From Eledone cirrhosa (taxonomy: Eukaryota): a stretch of DNA of 64,000 bases. A model generated the notes under the pieces. The model saw nothing but the letters and a program-made list of their open reading frames with translations. It was not told the origin of the DNA and searched no databases. Position 1 is the stretch's first letter. Each line of letters starts with the position of its first letter. Position numbers and translations under genes: made by a program. Below, one piece after another: positions 25,881 to 40,800 of this stretch. The DNA lies in contig OZ024744.1 in assembly GCA_964016885.1 (NCBI GenBank), positions 744,001-808,000 of the forward strand. The letters run 5' to 3'.

Positions 25881-28800
25881 AGAGAAAGATAGCTTGATGA
25901 AGAACGAAGTTTTGAGGGAAGACAAGGTAGAGAAAGATAGCTTGGTGAAGAACGAAGTTTTGAGGGAAGACAAGGTAGAGAAAGATAGCTTGGTGAAGAA
26001 CGAAGTTTTGAGGGGAGACCAAGTATAGAAAGATAGCTTGGTGAAGAACGAAGTTTTGGGGGAAGACAATGTAGAGAAAGATAGCTTGATGAAGAACGAA
26101 GTTTTGGGGAAGACAAGGTAGAGAAAGATAGCTTGGTGAAGAACGAAGTTTTGAGGGAAGACAAGGTAGAGAAAGATAGCTTGGTGAAGAACGAAGTTTT
26201 GGGGGAAGACAAGGTAGAGAAAGATAGCTTGGTGAAGAACGAAGTTTTGAGGGAAGACAAGGTAGAGAAAGATAGCTTGGTGAAGAACGAAGTTTTGGGG
26301 GAAGACAAGGTAGAGAAAGATAGCTTGGTGAAGAACGAAATTTTGAGGGAAAACAAGGTAGAGAAAGATAGTTGGTAAAGAACGAAGTTTTGAGGGAAGA
26401 CAAGGTAGAGAAAGATAGCTTGGTGAAGAACGACGTTTTGTGGGAAGACAAGGTAGAGAAACATAGTTGGTGAAGAACGAAGTTTTGAGGGAAGACAAGG
26501 TAGAGAAAGATAGCTTGGTGAAGAACGAAGTTTTGGGGGAAGACAAGGTAGAGAAAGATAGCTTGGTGAAGAACGAAGTTTTGAGGGAAGACAAGGTAGA
26601 GAAAGATAGCTTGATGAAGAACGAAGTTTTGAGGGAAGACAAGGTAGAGAAAGATAGCTTGATGAAGTACGAAGTTTTGGGGGAAGACAAGGTAGAGAAA
26701 GATAGCTTGGTGAAGAACGAAGTTTTGAGGGAAGACAAGGTAGAGAAAGATAGCTTGATGAAGAACGAAGTTTTGAGGGAAGACAAGGTAGAGAAAGATA
26801 GCTTGGTGAAGAACGAAGTTTTGAGGGAAGACAAAGTATAGAAAGATAGCTTGGTGAAGAACGAAGTTTTGGGGGAAGACAATGTAGAGAAAGATAGCTT
26901 GATGAAGAACGAAGTTTTGGGGGAAGACAAGGTAGAGAAAGATAGCTTGGTGAAGAACGAAGTTTTGAGGGAAGACAAGGTAGAGAAAGATAGCTTGGTG
27001 AAGAACGAAGTTTTGAGGGGAGACAAAGTATAGAAAGATAGCTTGGTGAAGAACGAAGTTTTGGGGGAAGACAATGTAGAGAAAGATAGCTTGATGAAGA
27101 ACGAAGTTTTAGGGAAGACAAGGTAGAGAAAGATAGCTTGGTGAAGAACGAAGTTTTGAGGGAAGACAAGGTAGAGAAAGATAGCTTGGTGAAGAACGAA
27201 GTTTTGGGGGAAGACAAGGTAGAGAAAGATAGCTTGGTGAAGAACGAAGTTTTGAGGGAAGACAAGGTAGAGAAAGATAGCTTGGTGAAGAACGAAGTTT
27301 TGGGGGAAGACAAGGTAGAGAAAGATAGCTTGGTGAAGAACGAGGTTTTGAGGGAAGACAAGGTAGAGAAAGATAGTTGGTAAAGAACGGAGTTTTGAGG
27401 GAAGACAAGGTAGAGAAAGATAGCTTGGTGAAGAACGACGTTTTGAGGGAAGACAAGGTATAGAAAGATAGCTTGGTGAAGAACGACGTTTTCGGGGAAG
27501 AAAAGGTAGAGAAAGATAGCTTGGTGAAGAACAAAGTTTTGGGGGAAGACAAGGTAGAGAAAGATAGCTTGGTGAAGAACGAAGTATTGAGGGAAGACAA
27601 GGTAGAGAAAGATAGCTTGGTGAAGAACGAAGTTTTGAGGGAAGACAAGGTAGAGAAAGATAGCTTGGTGAAGAACGAAGTTTTGAGGGAAGACAAGGTA
27701 GAGAAAGATAGCTTGATGAAGAACGAAGTTTTGAGGGAAGACAAGGAAGAGAAAGATAGCTTGGTGAAGAACGAAGTTTTGAGGGAAGACAAAGTATAGA
27801 AAGATAGCTTGGTGAAGAACGAGGTTATGGGGGAAGACAATGTAGAGAAAGATAGCTTGATGAAGAACGAAGTTTTGGGGGAAGACAAGGTAGAGAAAGA
27901 TAGCTTGGTGAAGAACGAAGTTTTGAGGGAAGACAAGGTAGAGAAAGATAGCTTGGTGAAGAACGAAGTTTTGAGGGGAGACAAAGTATAGAAAGATAGC
28001 TTGGTGAAGAACGAAGTTTTGGGGGAAGACAATGTAGAGAAAGATAGCTTGATGAAGAACGAAGTTTTGGGGAAGACAAGGTAGAGAAAGATAGCTTGGT
28101 GAAGAACGAAGTTTTGAGGGAAGACAAGGTAGAGAAAGATAGCTTGGTGAAGAACGAAGTTTTGGGGGAAGACAAGGTAGAGAAAGATAGCTTGGTGAAG
28201 AACGAAGTTTTGAGGGAAGACAAGGTAGAGAAAGATAGCTTGGTGAAGAACGAAGTTTTGGGGGAAGACAAGGTAGAGAAAGATAGCTTGGTGAAGAACG
28301 AAGTTTTGAGGGAAGACAAGGTAGAGAAAGATAGTTGGTAAAGAACGAAGTTTTGAGGGAAGACAAGGTAGAGAAAGATAGCTTGGTGAAGAACGACGTT
28401 TTGAGGGAAGACAAGGTATAGAAATATAGCTTGGTGAAGAACGACGTTTTCGGGGAAGAAAAGGTAGAGAAAGATAGCTTGGTGAAGAACAAAGTTTTGG
28501 GGGAAGACAAGGTAGAGAAAGATAGCTTGGTGAAGAACGAAGTATTGAGGGAAGACTCGGTAGAGAAAGATAGCTTGGTGAAGAACGAAGTTTTGAGGGA
28601 AGACAAGGTAGAGAAAGATAGCTTGGTGAAGAACGAGGTTTTGAGGGAAGACAATGTAGAGAAAGATAGCTTGGTGAAGAACGAAGTTTTGGGGGAAGAC
28701 AAGGTAGAGAAAGATAGCTTGGTGAAGAACGAAGTTTTGGGGGATGACAAAGTAGAGAAAGATAGCTTGGTGAAGAACGAAGTTTTGGGGGAAGACAAGG

Positions 28801-31800
28801 TAGAGAAAGATAGCTTGATGAAGAACGAAGTTTTGGGGGAAGACAAGGAAGAGAAAGATAGCTTGGTGAAGAACGAAGTTTTGAGGGAAGACAAGGTAGA
28901 GAAAGATAGCTTGGTGAAGAAGGAAGTTTTGGGGGAAGACAAGGTAGAGAAAGATAGCTTGGTGAAGAACGAAGTTTTGCGGGAAGACAAGGTAGAGAAA
29001 TATAGCTCGGTGAAGAACGAAGTTTTGAGGGAAGACAAGGTAGAGAAAGATAGCTTGGTGAAGAACGAGGTTTTGGGGGAAGACAAGGTAGAGAAAGATA
29101 GCTTGGTGAAGAACGAAGTTTTGAGGAAGACAAGGTAGAGAAAGATAGCTTGGTGAAGAACGAAGTTATGAGGGAAGACAAGGTAGAGAAAGATAGTTGG
29201 TGAAGAACGAAGTTTTGAGGGAAGACAAGGTAGAGAAAGATAGCTTGGTGAAGAACGACGTTTTGAGGGAAGACAAGGTAGAGAAAGATAGCTTGGTGAA
29301 GAACGAAGTTTTGGGGGAAGACAAGGTAGAGAAAGATAGCTTGATGAAGTACGAAGTTTTGGGGGAAGACAAGGTAGAGAACGATAGCTTGGTGAAGAAC
29401 GACGTTTTGTGGGAAGACAAGGTAGAGAAACATAGTTGGTGAAGAACGAAGTTTTGAGGGAAGACAAGGTAGAGAAAGATAGCTTGAAGAAGAACGAAGT
29501 TTTGAGGGAAGACAAGGTAGAGAAAGATAGCTTGATGAAGAACGAAGTTTTGAGGGAAGACAAGGTAGAGAAAGATAGCTTGGTGAAGAACGAAGTTTTG
29601 AGGGAAGACAAGGTAGAGAAAGATAGCTTGATGAAGAACGAAGTTTTGAGGGAAGACAAGGTAGAGAAAGATAGCTTGGTGAAGAACGAAGTTTTAAGGG
29701 AAGACAAAGTATAGAAAGATAGCTTGGTGAAGAACGAAGTTTTGGGGAAGACAATGTAGAGAAAGATAGCTTCATGAAGAACGAAGTTTTGGGGGAAGAC
29801 AAGGTAGAGAAAGATAGCTTGGTGAAGAACGAAGTTTTGAGGGAAGACAAGGTAGAGAAAGATAGCTTGGTGAAGAACGAAGTTTTGAGGGGAGACCAAG
29901 TATAGAAAGATAGCTTGGTGAAGAACGAAGTTTTGGGGGAAGACAATGTAGAGAAAGATAGCTTGATGAAGAACGAAGTTTTGGGGAAGACAAGGTAGAG
30001 AAAGATAGCTTGGTGAAGAACGAAGTTTTGAGGGAAGACAAGGTAGAGAAAGATAGCTTGGTGAAGAACGAAGTTTTGGGGGAAGACAAGGTAGAGAAAG
30101 ATAGCTTGGTGAAGAACGAAGTTTTGAGGGAAGACAAGGTAGAGAAAGATAGCTTGGTGAAGAACGAAGTTTTGGGGGAAGACAAGGTAGAGAAAGATAG
30201 CTTGGTGAAGAACGAAATTTTGAGGGAAAACAAGGTAGAGAAAGATAGTTGGTAAAGAACGAAGTTTTGAGGGAAGACAAGGTAGAGAAAGATAGCTTGG
30301 TGAAGAACGACGTTTTGTGGGAAGACAAGGTAGAGAAACATAGTTGGTGAAGAACGAAGTTTTGAGGGAAGACAAGGTAGAGAAAGATAGCTTGATGAAG
30401 AACGAAGTTTTGAGGGAAGACAAGGTAGAGAAAGATAGCTTGGTGAAGAACGAAGTTTTGAGGGAAGACAAGGTATAGAAAGATAGCTTGATGAAGAACG
30501 AAGTTTTGAGGGAAGACAAGGTAGAGAAAGATAGCTTGATGAAGTACGAAGTTTTGGGGGAAGACAAGGTAGAGAAAGATAGCTTGGTGAAGAACGAAGT
30601 TTTGAGGGAAGACAAGGTAGAGAAAGATAGCTTGATGAAGAACGAAGTTTTGAGGGAAGACAAGGTAGAGAAAGATAGCTTGGTGAAGAACGAAGTTTTG
30701 AGGGAAGACAAAGTATAGAAAGATAGCTTGGTGAAGAACGAAGTTTTGGGGGAAGACAATGTAGAGAAAGATAGCTTGATGAAGAACGAAGTTTTGGGGG
30801 AAGACAAGGTAGAGAAAGATAGCTTGGTGAAGAACGAAGTTTTGAGGGAAGACAAGGTAGAGAAAGATAGCTTGGTGAAGAACGAAGTTTTGAGGGGAGA
30901 CAAAGTATAGAAAGATAGCTTGGTGAAGAACGAAGTTTTGGGGGAAGACAATGTAGAGAAAGATAGCTTGATGAAGAACGAAGTTTTGGGGAAGACAAGG
31001 TAGAGAAAGATAGCTTGGTGAAGAACGAAGTTTTGAGGGAAGACAAGGTAGAGAAAGATAGCTTGGTGAAGAACGAAGTTTTGGGGGAAGACAAGGTAGA
31101 GAAAGATAGCTTGGTGAAGAACGAAGTTTTGAGGGAAGACAAGGTAGAGAAAGATAGCTTGGTGAAGAACGAAGTTTTGGGGGAAGACAAGGTAGAGAAA
31201 GATAGCTTGGTGAAGAACGAAGTTTTGAGGGAAGACAAGGTAGAGAAAGATAGTTGGTAAAGAACGGAGTTTTGAGGGAAGACAAGGTAGAGAAAGATAG
31301 CTTGGTGAAGAACGACGTTTTGAGGGAAGACAAGGTATAGAAAGATAGCTTGGTGAAGAACGAAGTTTTGAGGGAAGACAAGGTAGAGAAAGATAGCTTG
31401 GTGAAGAACGAAGTTTTGGGGGAAGACAAGGTAGAGAAAGATAGCTTGGTGAAGAACGAAGTTTTGAGGGAAGACAAGGTAGAGAAAGATAGCTTGATGA
31501 AGAACGAAGTTTTGAGGGAAGACAAGGTAGAGAAAGATAGCTTGATGAAGAACGAAGTTTTGAGGGAAGACAAGGTAGAGAAAGATAGCTTGGTGAAGAA
31601 CGAAGTTTTGAGGGAAGACAAAGTATAGAAAGATAGCTTGGTGAAGAACGAAGTTTTGGGGGAAGACAATGTAGAGAAAGATAGCTTGATGAAGAACGAA
31701 GTTTTGGGGGAAGACAAGGTAGAGAAAGATAGCTTGGTGAAGAACGAAGTTTTGAGGGAAGACAAGGTAGAGAAAGATAGCTTGGTGAAGAACGAAGTTT

Positions 31801-34800
31801 TGAGGGGAGACAAAGTATAGAAAGATAGCTTGGTGAAGAACGAAGTTTTGGGGGAAGACAATGTAGAGAAAGATAGCTTGATGAAGAACGAAGTTTTGGG
31901 GAAGACAAGGTAGAGAAAGATAGCTTGGTGAAGAACGAAGTTTTGAGGGAAGACAAGGTAGAGAAAGATAGCTTGGTGAAGAACGAAGTTTTGGGGGAAG
32001 ACAAGGTAGAGAAAGATAGCTTGGTGAAGAACGAAGTTTTGAGGGAAGACAAGGTAGAGAAAGATAGTTGGTAAAGAACGGAGTTTTGAGGGAAGACAAG
32101 GTAGAGAAAGATAGCTTGGTGAAGAACGACGTTTTGAGGGAAGACAAGGTATAGAAAGATAGCTTGGTGAAGAACGACGTTTTCGGGGAAGAAAAGGTAG
32201 AGAAAGATAGCTTGGTGAAGAACAAAGTTTTGGGGGAAGACAAGGTAGAGAAAGATAGCTTGGTGAAGAACGAAGTATTGAGGGAAGACTCGGTAGAGAA
32301 AGATAGCTTGGTGAAGAACGAAGTTTTGAGGGAAGACAAGGTAGAGAAAGATAGCTTGGTGAAGAACGAAGTTTTGAGGGAAGACAAGGTAGAGAAAGAT
32401 AGCTTGATGAAGAACGAAGTTTTGAGGGAAGACAAGGTAGAGAAAGATAGCTTGGTGAAGAACGAAGTTTTGAGGGAAGACAAAGTATAGAAAGATAGCT
32501 TGGTGAAGAACGAGGTTATGGGGGAAGACAATGTAGAGAAAGATAGCTTGATGAAGAACGAAGTTTTGGGGGAAGACAAGGTAGAGAAAGATAGCTTGGT
32601 GAAGAACGAAGTTTTGAGGGAAGACAAGGTAGAGAAAGATAGCTTGGTGAAGAACGAAGTTTTGAGGGGAGACAAAGTATAGAAAGATAGCTTGGTGAAG
32701 AACGAAGTTTTGGGGGAAGACAATGTAGAGAAAGATAGCTTGATGAAGAACGAAGTTTTGGGGAAGACAAGGTAGAGAAAGATAGCTTGGTGAAGAACGA
32801 AGTTTTGAGGGAAGACAAGGTAGAGAAAGATAGCTTGGTGAAGAACGAAGTTTTGGGGGAAGACAAGGTAGAGAAAGATAGCTTGGTGAAGAACGAAGTT
32901 TTGAGGGAAGACAAGGTAGAGAAAGATAGCTTGGTGAAGAACGAAGTTTTGGGGGAAGACAAGGTAGAGAAAGATAGCTTGGTGAAGAACGAAGTTTTGA
33001 GGGAAGACAAGGTAGAGAAAGATAGTTGGTAAAGAACGAAGTTTTGAGGGAAGACAAGGTAGAGAAAGATAGCTTGGTGAAGAACGACGTTTTGAGGGAA
33101 GACAAGGTATAGAAATATAGCTTGGTGAAGAACGACGTTTTCGGGGAAGAAAAGGTAGAGAAAGATAGCTTGGTGAAGAACAAAGTTTTGGGGGAAGACA
33201 AGGTAGAGAAAGATAGCTTGGTGAAGAACGAAGTATTGAGGGAAGACTCGGTAGAGAAAGATAGCTTGGTGAAGAACGAAGTTTTGAGGGAAGACAAGGT
33301 AGAGAAAGATAGCTTGGTGAAGAACGAGGTTTTGAGGGAAGACAATGTAGAGAAAGATAGCTTGGTGAAGAACGAAGTTTTGGGGGAAGACAAGGTAGAG
33401 AAAGATAGCTTGGTGAAGAACGAAGTTTTGGGGGATGACAAAGTAGAGAAAGATAGCTTGGTGAAGAACGAAGTTTGGGGGGAAGACAAGGTAGAGAAAG
33501 ATAGCTTGATGAAGAACGAAGTTTTGGGGGAAGACAAGGAAGAGAAAGATAGCTTGGTGAAGAACGAAGTTTTGAGGGAAGACAAGGTAGAGAAAGATAG
33601 CTTGGTGAAGAACGAAGTTTTGGGGGAAGACAAGGTAGAGAAAGATAGCTTGGTGAAGAACGAAGTTTTGCGGGAAGACAAGGTAGAGAAATATAGCTCG
33701 GTGAAGAACGAAGTTTTGAGGGAAGACAAGGTAGAGAAAGATAGCTTGGTGAAGAACGAGGTTTTGGGGGAAGACAAGGTAGAGAAAGATAGCTTGGTGA
33801 AGAACGAAGTTTTGAGGAAGACAAGGTAGAGAAAGATAGCTTGGTGAAGAACGATGTTATGAGGGAAGACAAGGTAGAGAAAGATAGTTGGTGAAGAACG
33901 AAGTTTTGAGGGAAGACAAGGTAGAGAAAGATAGCTTGGTGAAGAACGACGTTTTGAGGGAAGACAAGGTAGAGAAAGATAGCTTGGTGAAGAACGAGGT
34001 TTTGGGGGAAGACAAGGTAGAGAAAGATAGCTTGATGAAGTACGAAGTTTTGGGGGAAGACAAGGTAGAGAAAGATAGCTTGGTGAAGAACGACGTTTTG
34101 TGGGAAGACAAGGTAGAGAAACATAGTTGGTGAAGAACGAAGTTTTGAGGGAAGACAAGGTAGAGAAAGATAGCTTGATGAAGAACGAAGTTTTGAGGGA
34201 AGACAAGGTAGAGAAAGATAGCTTGATGAAGAACGAAGTTTTGAGGGAAGACAAGGTAGAGAAAGATAGCTTGGTGAAGAACGAAGTTTTGAGGGAAGAC
34301 AAGGTAGAGAAAGATAGCTTGATGAAGAACGAAGTTTTGAGGGAAGACAAGGTAGAGAAAGATAGCTTGGTGAAGAACGAAGTTTTAAGGGAAGACAAAG
34401 TATAGAAAGATAGCTTGGTGAAGAACGAAGTTTTGGGGAAGACAATGTAGAGAAAGATAGCTTGATGAAGAACGAAGTTTTGGGGGAAGACAAGGTAGAG
34501 AAAGATAGCTTGATGAAGTACGAAGTTTTGGGGGAAGACAAGGTAGAGAAAGATAGCTTGGTGAAGAACGAAGTTTTGAGGGAAGACAAGGTAGAGAAAG
34601 ATAGCTTGATGAAGAACGAAGTTTTGAGGGAAGACAAGGTAGAGAAAGATAGCTTGGTGAAGAACGAAGTTTTGAGGGAAGACAAAGTATAGAAAGATAG
34701 CTTGGTGAAGAACGAAGTTTTGGGGGAAGACAATGTAGAGAAAGATAGCTTGATGAAGAACGAAGTTTTGGGGGAAGACAAGGTAGAGAAAGATAGCTTG

Positions 34801-37800
34801 GTGAAGAACGAAGTTTTGAGGGAAGACAAGGTAGAGAAAGATAGCTTGGTGAAGAACGAAGTTTTGAGGGGAGACAAAGTATAGAAAGATAGCTTGGTGA
34901 AGAACGAAGTTTTGGGGGAAGACAATGTAGAGAAAGATAGCTTGATGAAGAACGAAGTTTTGGGGAAGACAAGGTAGAGAAAGATAGCTTGGTGAAGAAC
35001 GAAGTTATGAGGGAAGACAAGGTAGAGAAAGATAGTTGGTGAAGAACGAAGTTTTGAGGGAAGACAAGGTAGAGAAAGATAGCTTGGTGAAGAACGACGT
35101 TTTGAGGGAAGACAAGGTAGAGAAAGATAGCTTGGTGAAGAACGAAGTTTTGGGGGAAGACAAGGTAGAGAAAGATAGCTTGATGAAGTACGAAGTTTTG
35201 GGGGAAGACAAGGTAGAGAAAGATAGCTTGGTGAAGAACGACGTTTTGTGGGAAGACAAGGTAGAGAAACATAGTTGGTGAAGAACGAAGTTTTGAGGGT
35301 AGACAAGGTAGAGAAAGATAGCTTGATGAAGAACGAAGTTTTGAGGGAAGACAAGGTAGAGAAAGATAGTTGGTGAAGAACGAAGTTTTGAGGGAAGACA
35401 AGGTAGAGAAAGATAGCTTGGTGAAGAACGACGTTTTGAGGGAAGACAAGGTAGAGAAAGATAGCTTGGTGAAGAACGAAGTTTTGGGGGAAGACAAGGT
35501 AGAGAAAGATAGCTTGATGAAGTACGAAGTTTTGGGGGAAGACAAGGTAGAGAAAGATAGCTTGGTGAAGAACGAAGTTTTGAGGGAAGACAAGATAGAG
35601 AAAGATAGCTTGATGAAGAACGAAGTTTTGAGGGAAGACAAGGTAGAAAAAGATAGCTTGGTGAAGAACGAAGTTTTGAGGGAAGACAAAGTATAGAAAG
35701 ATAGCTTGGTGAAGAACGAGGTTTTGGGGGAAGACAATGTAGAGAAAGATAGCTTGATGAAGAACGAAGTTTTGGGGGAAGACAAGGTAGAGAAAGATAG
35801 CTTGGTGAAGAACGAAGTTTTGAGGGAAGACAAGGTAGAGAAAGATAGCTTGGTGAAGAACGAAGTTTTGAGGGGAGACAAAGTATAGAAAGATAGCTTG
35901 GTGAAGAACGAAGTTTTGGGGGAAGACAATGTAGAGAAAGATAGCTTGATGAAGAACGAAGTTTTGGGGAAGACAAGGTAGAGATGGATAGCTTGGTGAA
36001 GAACGAAGTTTTGAGGGAAGACAAGGTAGAGAAAGATAGCTTGGTGAAGAACGAAGTTTTGGGGGAAGACAAGGTAGAGAAAGATAGCTTGGTGAAGAAC
36101 GAAGTTTTGAGGGAAGACAAGGTAGAGAAAGATAGCTTGGTGAAGAACGAAGTTTTGGGGGAAGACAAGGTAGAGAAAGATAGCTTGGTGAAGAACGAAG
36201 TTTTGAGGGAAGACAAGGTAGAGAAAGATAGTTGGTAAAGAACGAAGTTTTGAGGGAAGACAAGGTAGAGAAAGATAGCTTGGTGAAGAACGACGTTTTG
36301 AGGGAAGACAAGGTATAGAAAGATAGCTTGGTGAAGAACGACGTTTTCGGGGAAGAAAAGGTAGAGAAAGATAGCTTGGTGAAGAACAAAGTTTTGGGGG
36401 AAGACAAGGTAGAGAAAGATAGCTTGGTGAAGAACGAAGTATTGAGGGAAGACTCGGTAGAGAAAGATAGCTTGGTGAAGAACGAAGTTTTGAGGGAAGA
36501 CAAGGTAGAGAAAGATAGCTTGGTGAAGAACGAGGTTTTGAGGGAAGACAATGTAGAGAAAGATAGCTTGGTGAAGAACGAAGTTTTGGGGGAAAACAAG
36601 GTAGAGAAAGATAGCTTGGTGAAGAACGAAGTTTTGGGGGATGACAAAGTAGAGAAAGATAGCTTGGTGAAGAACGAAGTTTTGGGGGAAGACAAGGTAG
36701 AGAAAGATAGCTTGATGAAGAACGAAGTTTTGGGGGAAGACAAGGAAGAGAAAGATAGCTTGGTGAAGAACGAAGTTTTGAGGGAAGACAAGGTAGAGAA
36801 AGATAGCTTGGTGAAGAACGAAGTTTTGGGGGAAGACAAGGTAGAGAAAGATAGCTTGGTGAAGAACGAAGTTTTGCGGGAAGACAAGGTAGAGAAATAT
36901 AGCTCGGTGAAGAACGAAGTTTTGAGGGAAGACAAGGTAGAGAAAGATAGCTTGGTGAAGAACGAGGTTTTGGGGGAAGACAAGGTAGAGAAAGATAGCT
37001 TGGTGAAGAACGAAGTTTTGAGGAAGACAAGGTAGAGAAAGATAGCTTGGTGAAGAACGAAGTTATGAGGGAAGACAAGGTAGAGAAAGATAGTTGGTGA
37101 AGAACGAAGTTTTGAGGGAAGACAAGGTAGAGAAAGATAGCTTGGTGAAGAACGACGTTTTGAGGGAAGACAAGGTAGAGAAAGATAGCTTGGTGAAGAA
37201 CGAAGTTTTGGGGGAAGACAAGGTAGAGAAAGATAGCTTGATGAAGTACGAAGTTTTGGGGGAAGACAAGGTAGAGAAAGATAGCTTGGTGAAGAACGAC
37301 GTTTTGTGGGAAGACAAGGTAGAGAAACATAGTTGGTGAAGAACGAAGTTTTGAGGGTAGACAAGGTAGAGAAAGATAGCTTGATGAAGAACGAAGTTTT
37401 GAGGGAAGACAAGGTAGAGAAAGATAGCTTGATGAAGAACGAAGTTTTGAGGGAAGACAAGGTAGAGAAAGATAGCTTGGTGAAGAACGAAGTTTTGAGG
37501 GGAGACCAAGTATAGAAAGATAGCTTGGTGAAGAACGAAGTTTTGGGGGAAGACAATGTAGAGAAAGATAGCTTGATGAAGAACGAAGTTTTGGGGAAGA
37601 CAAGGTAGAGAAAGATAGCTTGGTGAAGAACGAAGTTTTGAGGGAAGACAAGGTAGAGAAAGATAGCTTGGTGAAGAACGAAGTTTTGGGGGAAGACAAG
37701 GTAGAGAAAGATAGCTTGGTGAAGAACGAAGTTTTGAGGGAAGACAAGGTAGAGAAAGATAGCTTGGTGAAGAACGATGTTTTGGGGGAAGACAAGGTAG

Positions 37801-40800
37801 AGAAAGATAGCTTGGTGAAGAACGAAATTTTGAGGGAAAACAAGGTAGAGAAAGATAGTTGGTAAAGAACGAAGTTTTGAGGGAAGACAAGGTAGAGAAA
37901 GATAGCTTGGTGAAGAACGACGTTTTGTGGGAAGACAAGGTAGAGAAACATAGTTGGTGAAGAACGAAGTTTTGAGGGAAGACAAGGTAGAGAAAGATAG
38001 CTTGGTGAAGAACGAAGTTTTGGGGGAAGACAAGGTAGAGAAAGATAGCTTGGTGAAGAACGAAGTTTTGAGGGAAGACAAGGTAGAGAAAGATAGCTTG
38101 ATGAAGAACGAAGTTTTGAGGGAAGACAAGGTAGAGAAAGATAGCTTGATGAAGTACGAAGTTTTGGGGGAAGACAAGGTAGAGAAAGATAGCTTGGTGA
38201 AGAACGAAGTTTTGAGGGAAGACAAGGTAGAGAAAGATAGCTTGATGAAGAACGAAGTTTTGAGGGAAGACAAGGTAGAGAAAGATAGCTTGGTGAAGAA
38301 CGAAGTTTTGAGGGAAGACAAAGTATAGAAAGATAGCTTGGTGAAGAACGAAGTTTTGGGGGAAGACAATGTAGAGAAAGATAGCTTGATGAAGAACGAA
38401 GTTTTGGGGGAAGACAAGGTAGAGAAAGATAGCTTGGTGAAGAACGAAGTTTTGAGGGAAGACAAGGTAGAGAAAGATAGCTTGGTGAAGAACGAAGTTT
38501 TGAGGGGAGACAAAGTATAGAAAGATAGCTTGGTGAAGAACGAAGTTTTGGGGGAAGACAATGTAGAGAAAGATAGCTTGATGAAGAACGAAGTTTTAGG
38601 GAAGACAAGGTAGAGAAAGATAGCTTGGTGAAGAACGAAGTTTTGAGGGAAGACAAGGTAGAGAAAGATAGCTTGGTGAAGAACGAAGTTTTGGGGGAAG
38701 ACAAGGTAGAGAAAGATAGCTTGGTGAAGAACGAAGTTTTGAGGGAAGACAAGGTAGAGAAAGATAGCTTGGTGAAGAACGAAGTTTTGGGGGAAGACAA
38801 GGTAGAGAAAGATAGCTTGGTGAAGAACGAAGTTTTGAGGGAAGACAAGGTAGAGAAAGATAGTTGGTAAAGAACGGAGTTTTGAGGGAAGACAAGGTAG
38901 AGAAAGATAGCTTGGTGAAGAACGACGTTTTGAGGGAAGACAAGGTATAGAAAGATAGCTTGGTGAAGAACGACGTTTTCGGGGAAGAAAAGGTAGAGAA
39001 AGATAGCTTGGTGAAGAACAAAGTTTTGGGGGAAGACAAGGTAGAGAAAGATAGCTTGGTGAAGAACGAAGTATTGAGGGAAGACTCGGTAGAGAAAGAT
39101 AGCTTGGTGAAGAACGAAGTTTTGAGGGAAGACAAGGTAGAGAAAGATAGCTTGGTGAAGAACGAAGTTTTGAGGGAAGACAAGGTAGAGAAAGATAGCT
39201 TGATGAAGAACGAAGTTTTGAGGGAAGACAAGGAAGAGAAAGATAGCTTGGTGAAGAACGAAGTTTTGAGGGAAGACAAAGTATAGAAAGATAGCTTGGT
39301 GAAGAACGAGGTTATGGGGGAAGACAATGTAGAGAAAGATAGCTTGATGAAGAACGAAGTTTTGGGGGAAGACAAGGTAGAGAAAGATAGCTTGGTGAAG
39401 AACGAAGTTTTGAGGGAAGACAAGGTAGAGAAAGATAGCTTGGTGAAGAACGAAGTTTTGAGGGGAGACAAAGTATAGAAAGATAGCTTGGTGAAGAACG
39501 AAGTTTTGGGGGAAGACAATGTAGAGAAAGATAGCTTGATGAAGAACGAAGTTTTGGGGAAGACAAGGTAGAGAAAGATAGCTTGGTGAAGAACGAAGTT
39601 TTGAGGGAAGACAAGGTAGAGAAAGATAGCTTGGTGAAGAACGAAGTTTTGGGGGAAGACAAGGTAGAGAAAGATAGCTTGGTGAAGAACGAAGTTTTGA
39701 GGGAAGACAAGGTAGAGAAAGATAGCTTGGTGAAGAACGAAGTTTTGGGGGAAGACAAGGTAGAGAAAGATAGCTTGGTGAAGAACGAAGTTTTGAGGGA
39801 AGACAAGGTAGAGAAAGATAGTTGGTAAAGAACGAAGTTTTGAGGGAAGACAAGGTAGAGAAAGATAGCTTGGTGAAGAACGACGTTTTGAGGGAAGACA
39901 AGGTATAGAAATATAGCTTGGTGAAGAACGACGTTTTCGGGGAAGAAAAGGTAGAGAAAGATAGCTTGGTGAAGAACAAAGTTTTGGGGGAAGACAAGGT
40001 AGAGAAAGATAGCTTGGTGAAGAACGAAGTATTGAGGGAAGACTCGGTAGAGAAAGATAGCTTGGTGAAGAACGAAGTTTTGAGGGAAGACAAGGTAGAG
40101 AAAGATAGCTTGGTGAAGAACGAGGTTTTGAGGGAAGACAATGTAGAGAAAGATAGCTTGGTGAAGAACGAAGTTTTGGGGGAAGACAAGGTAGAGAAAG
40201 ATAGCTTGGTGAAGAACGAAGTTTTGGGGGATGACAAAGTAGAGAAAGATAGCTTGGTGAAGAACGAAGTTTTGGGGGAAGACAAGGTAGAGAAAGATAG
40301 CTTGATGAAGAACGAAGTTTTGGGGGAAGACAAGGAAGAGAAAGATAGCTTGGTGAAGAACGAAGTTTTGAGGGAAGACAAGGTAGAGAAAGATAGCTTG
40401 GTGAAGAAGGAAGTTTTGGGGGAAGACAAGGTAGAGAAAGATAGCTTGGTGAAGAACGAAGTTTTGCGGGAAGACAAGGTAGAGAAATATAGCTCGGTGA
40501 AGAACGAAGTTTTGAGGGAAGACAAGGTAGAGAAAGATAGCTTGGTGAAGAACGAGGTTTTGGGGGAAGACAAGGTAGAGAAAGATAGCTTGGTGAAGAA
40601 CGAAGTTTTGAGGAAGACAAGGTAGAGAAAGATAGCTTGGTGAAGAACGAAGTTATGAGGGAAGACAAGGTAGAGAAAGATAGTTGGTGAAGAACGAAGT
40701 TTTGAGGGAAGACAAGGTAGAGAAAGATAGCTTGGTGAAGAACGACGTTTTGAGGGAAGACAAGGTAGAGAAAGATAGCTTGGTGAAGAACGAAGTTTTG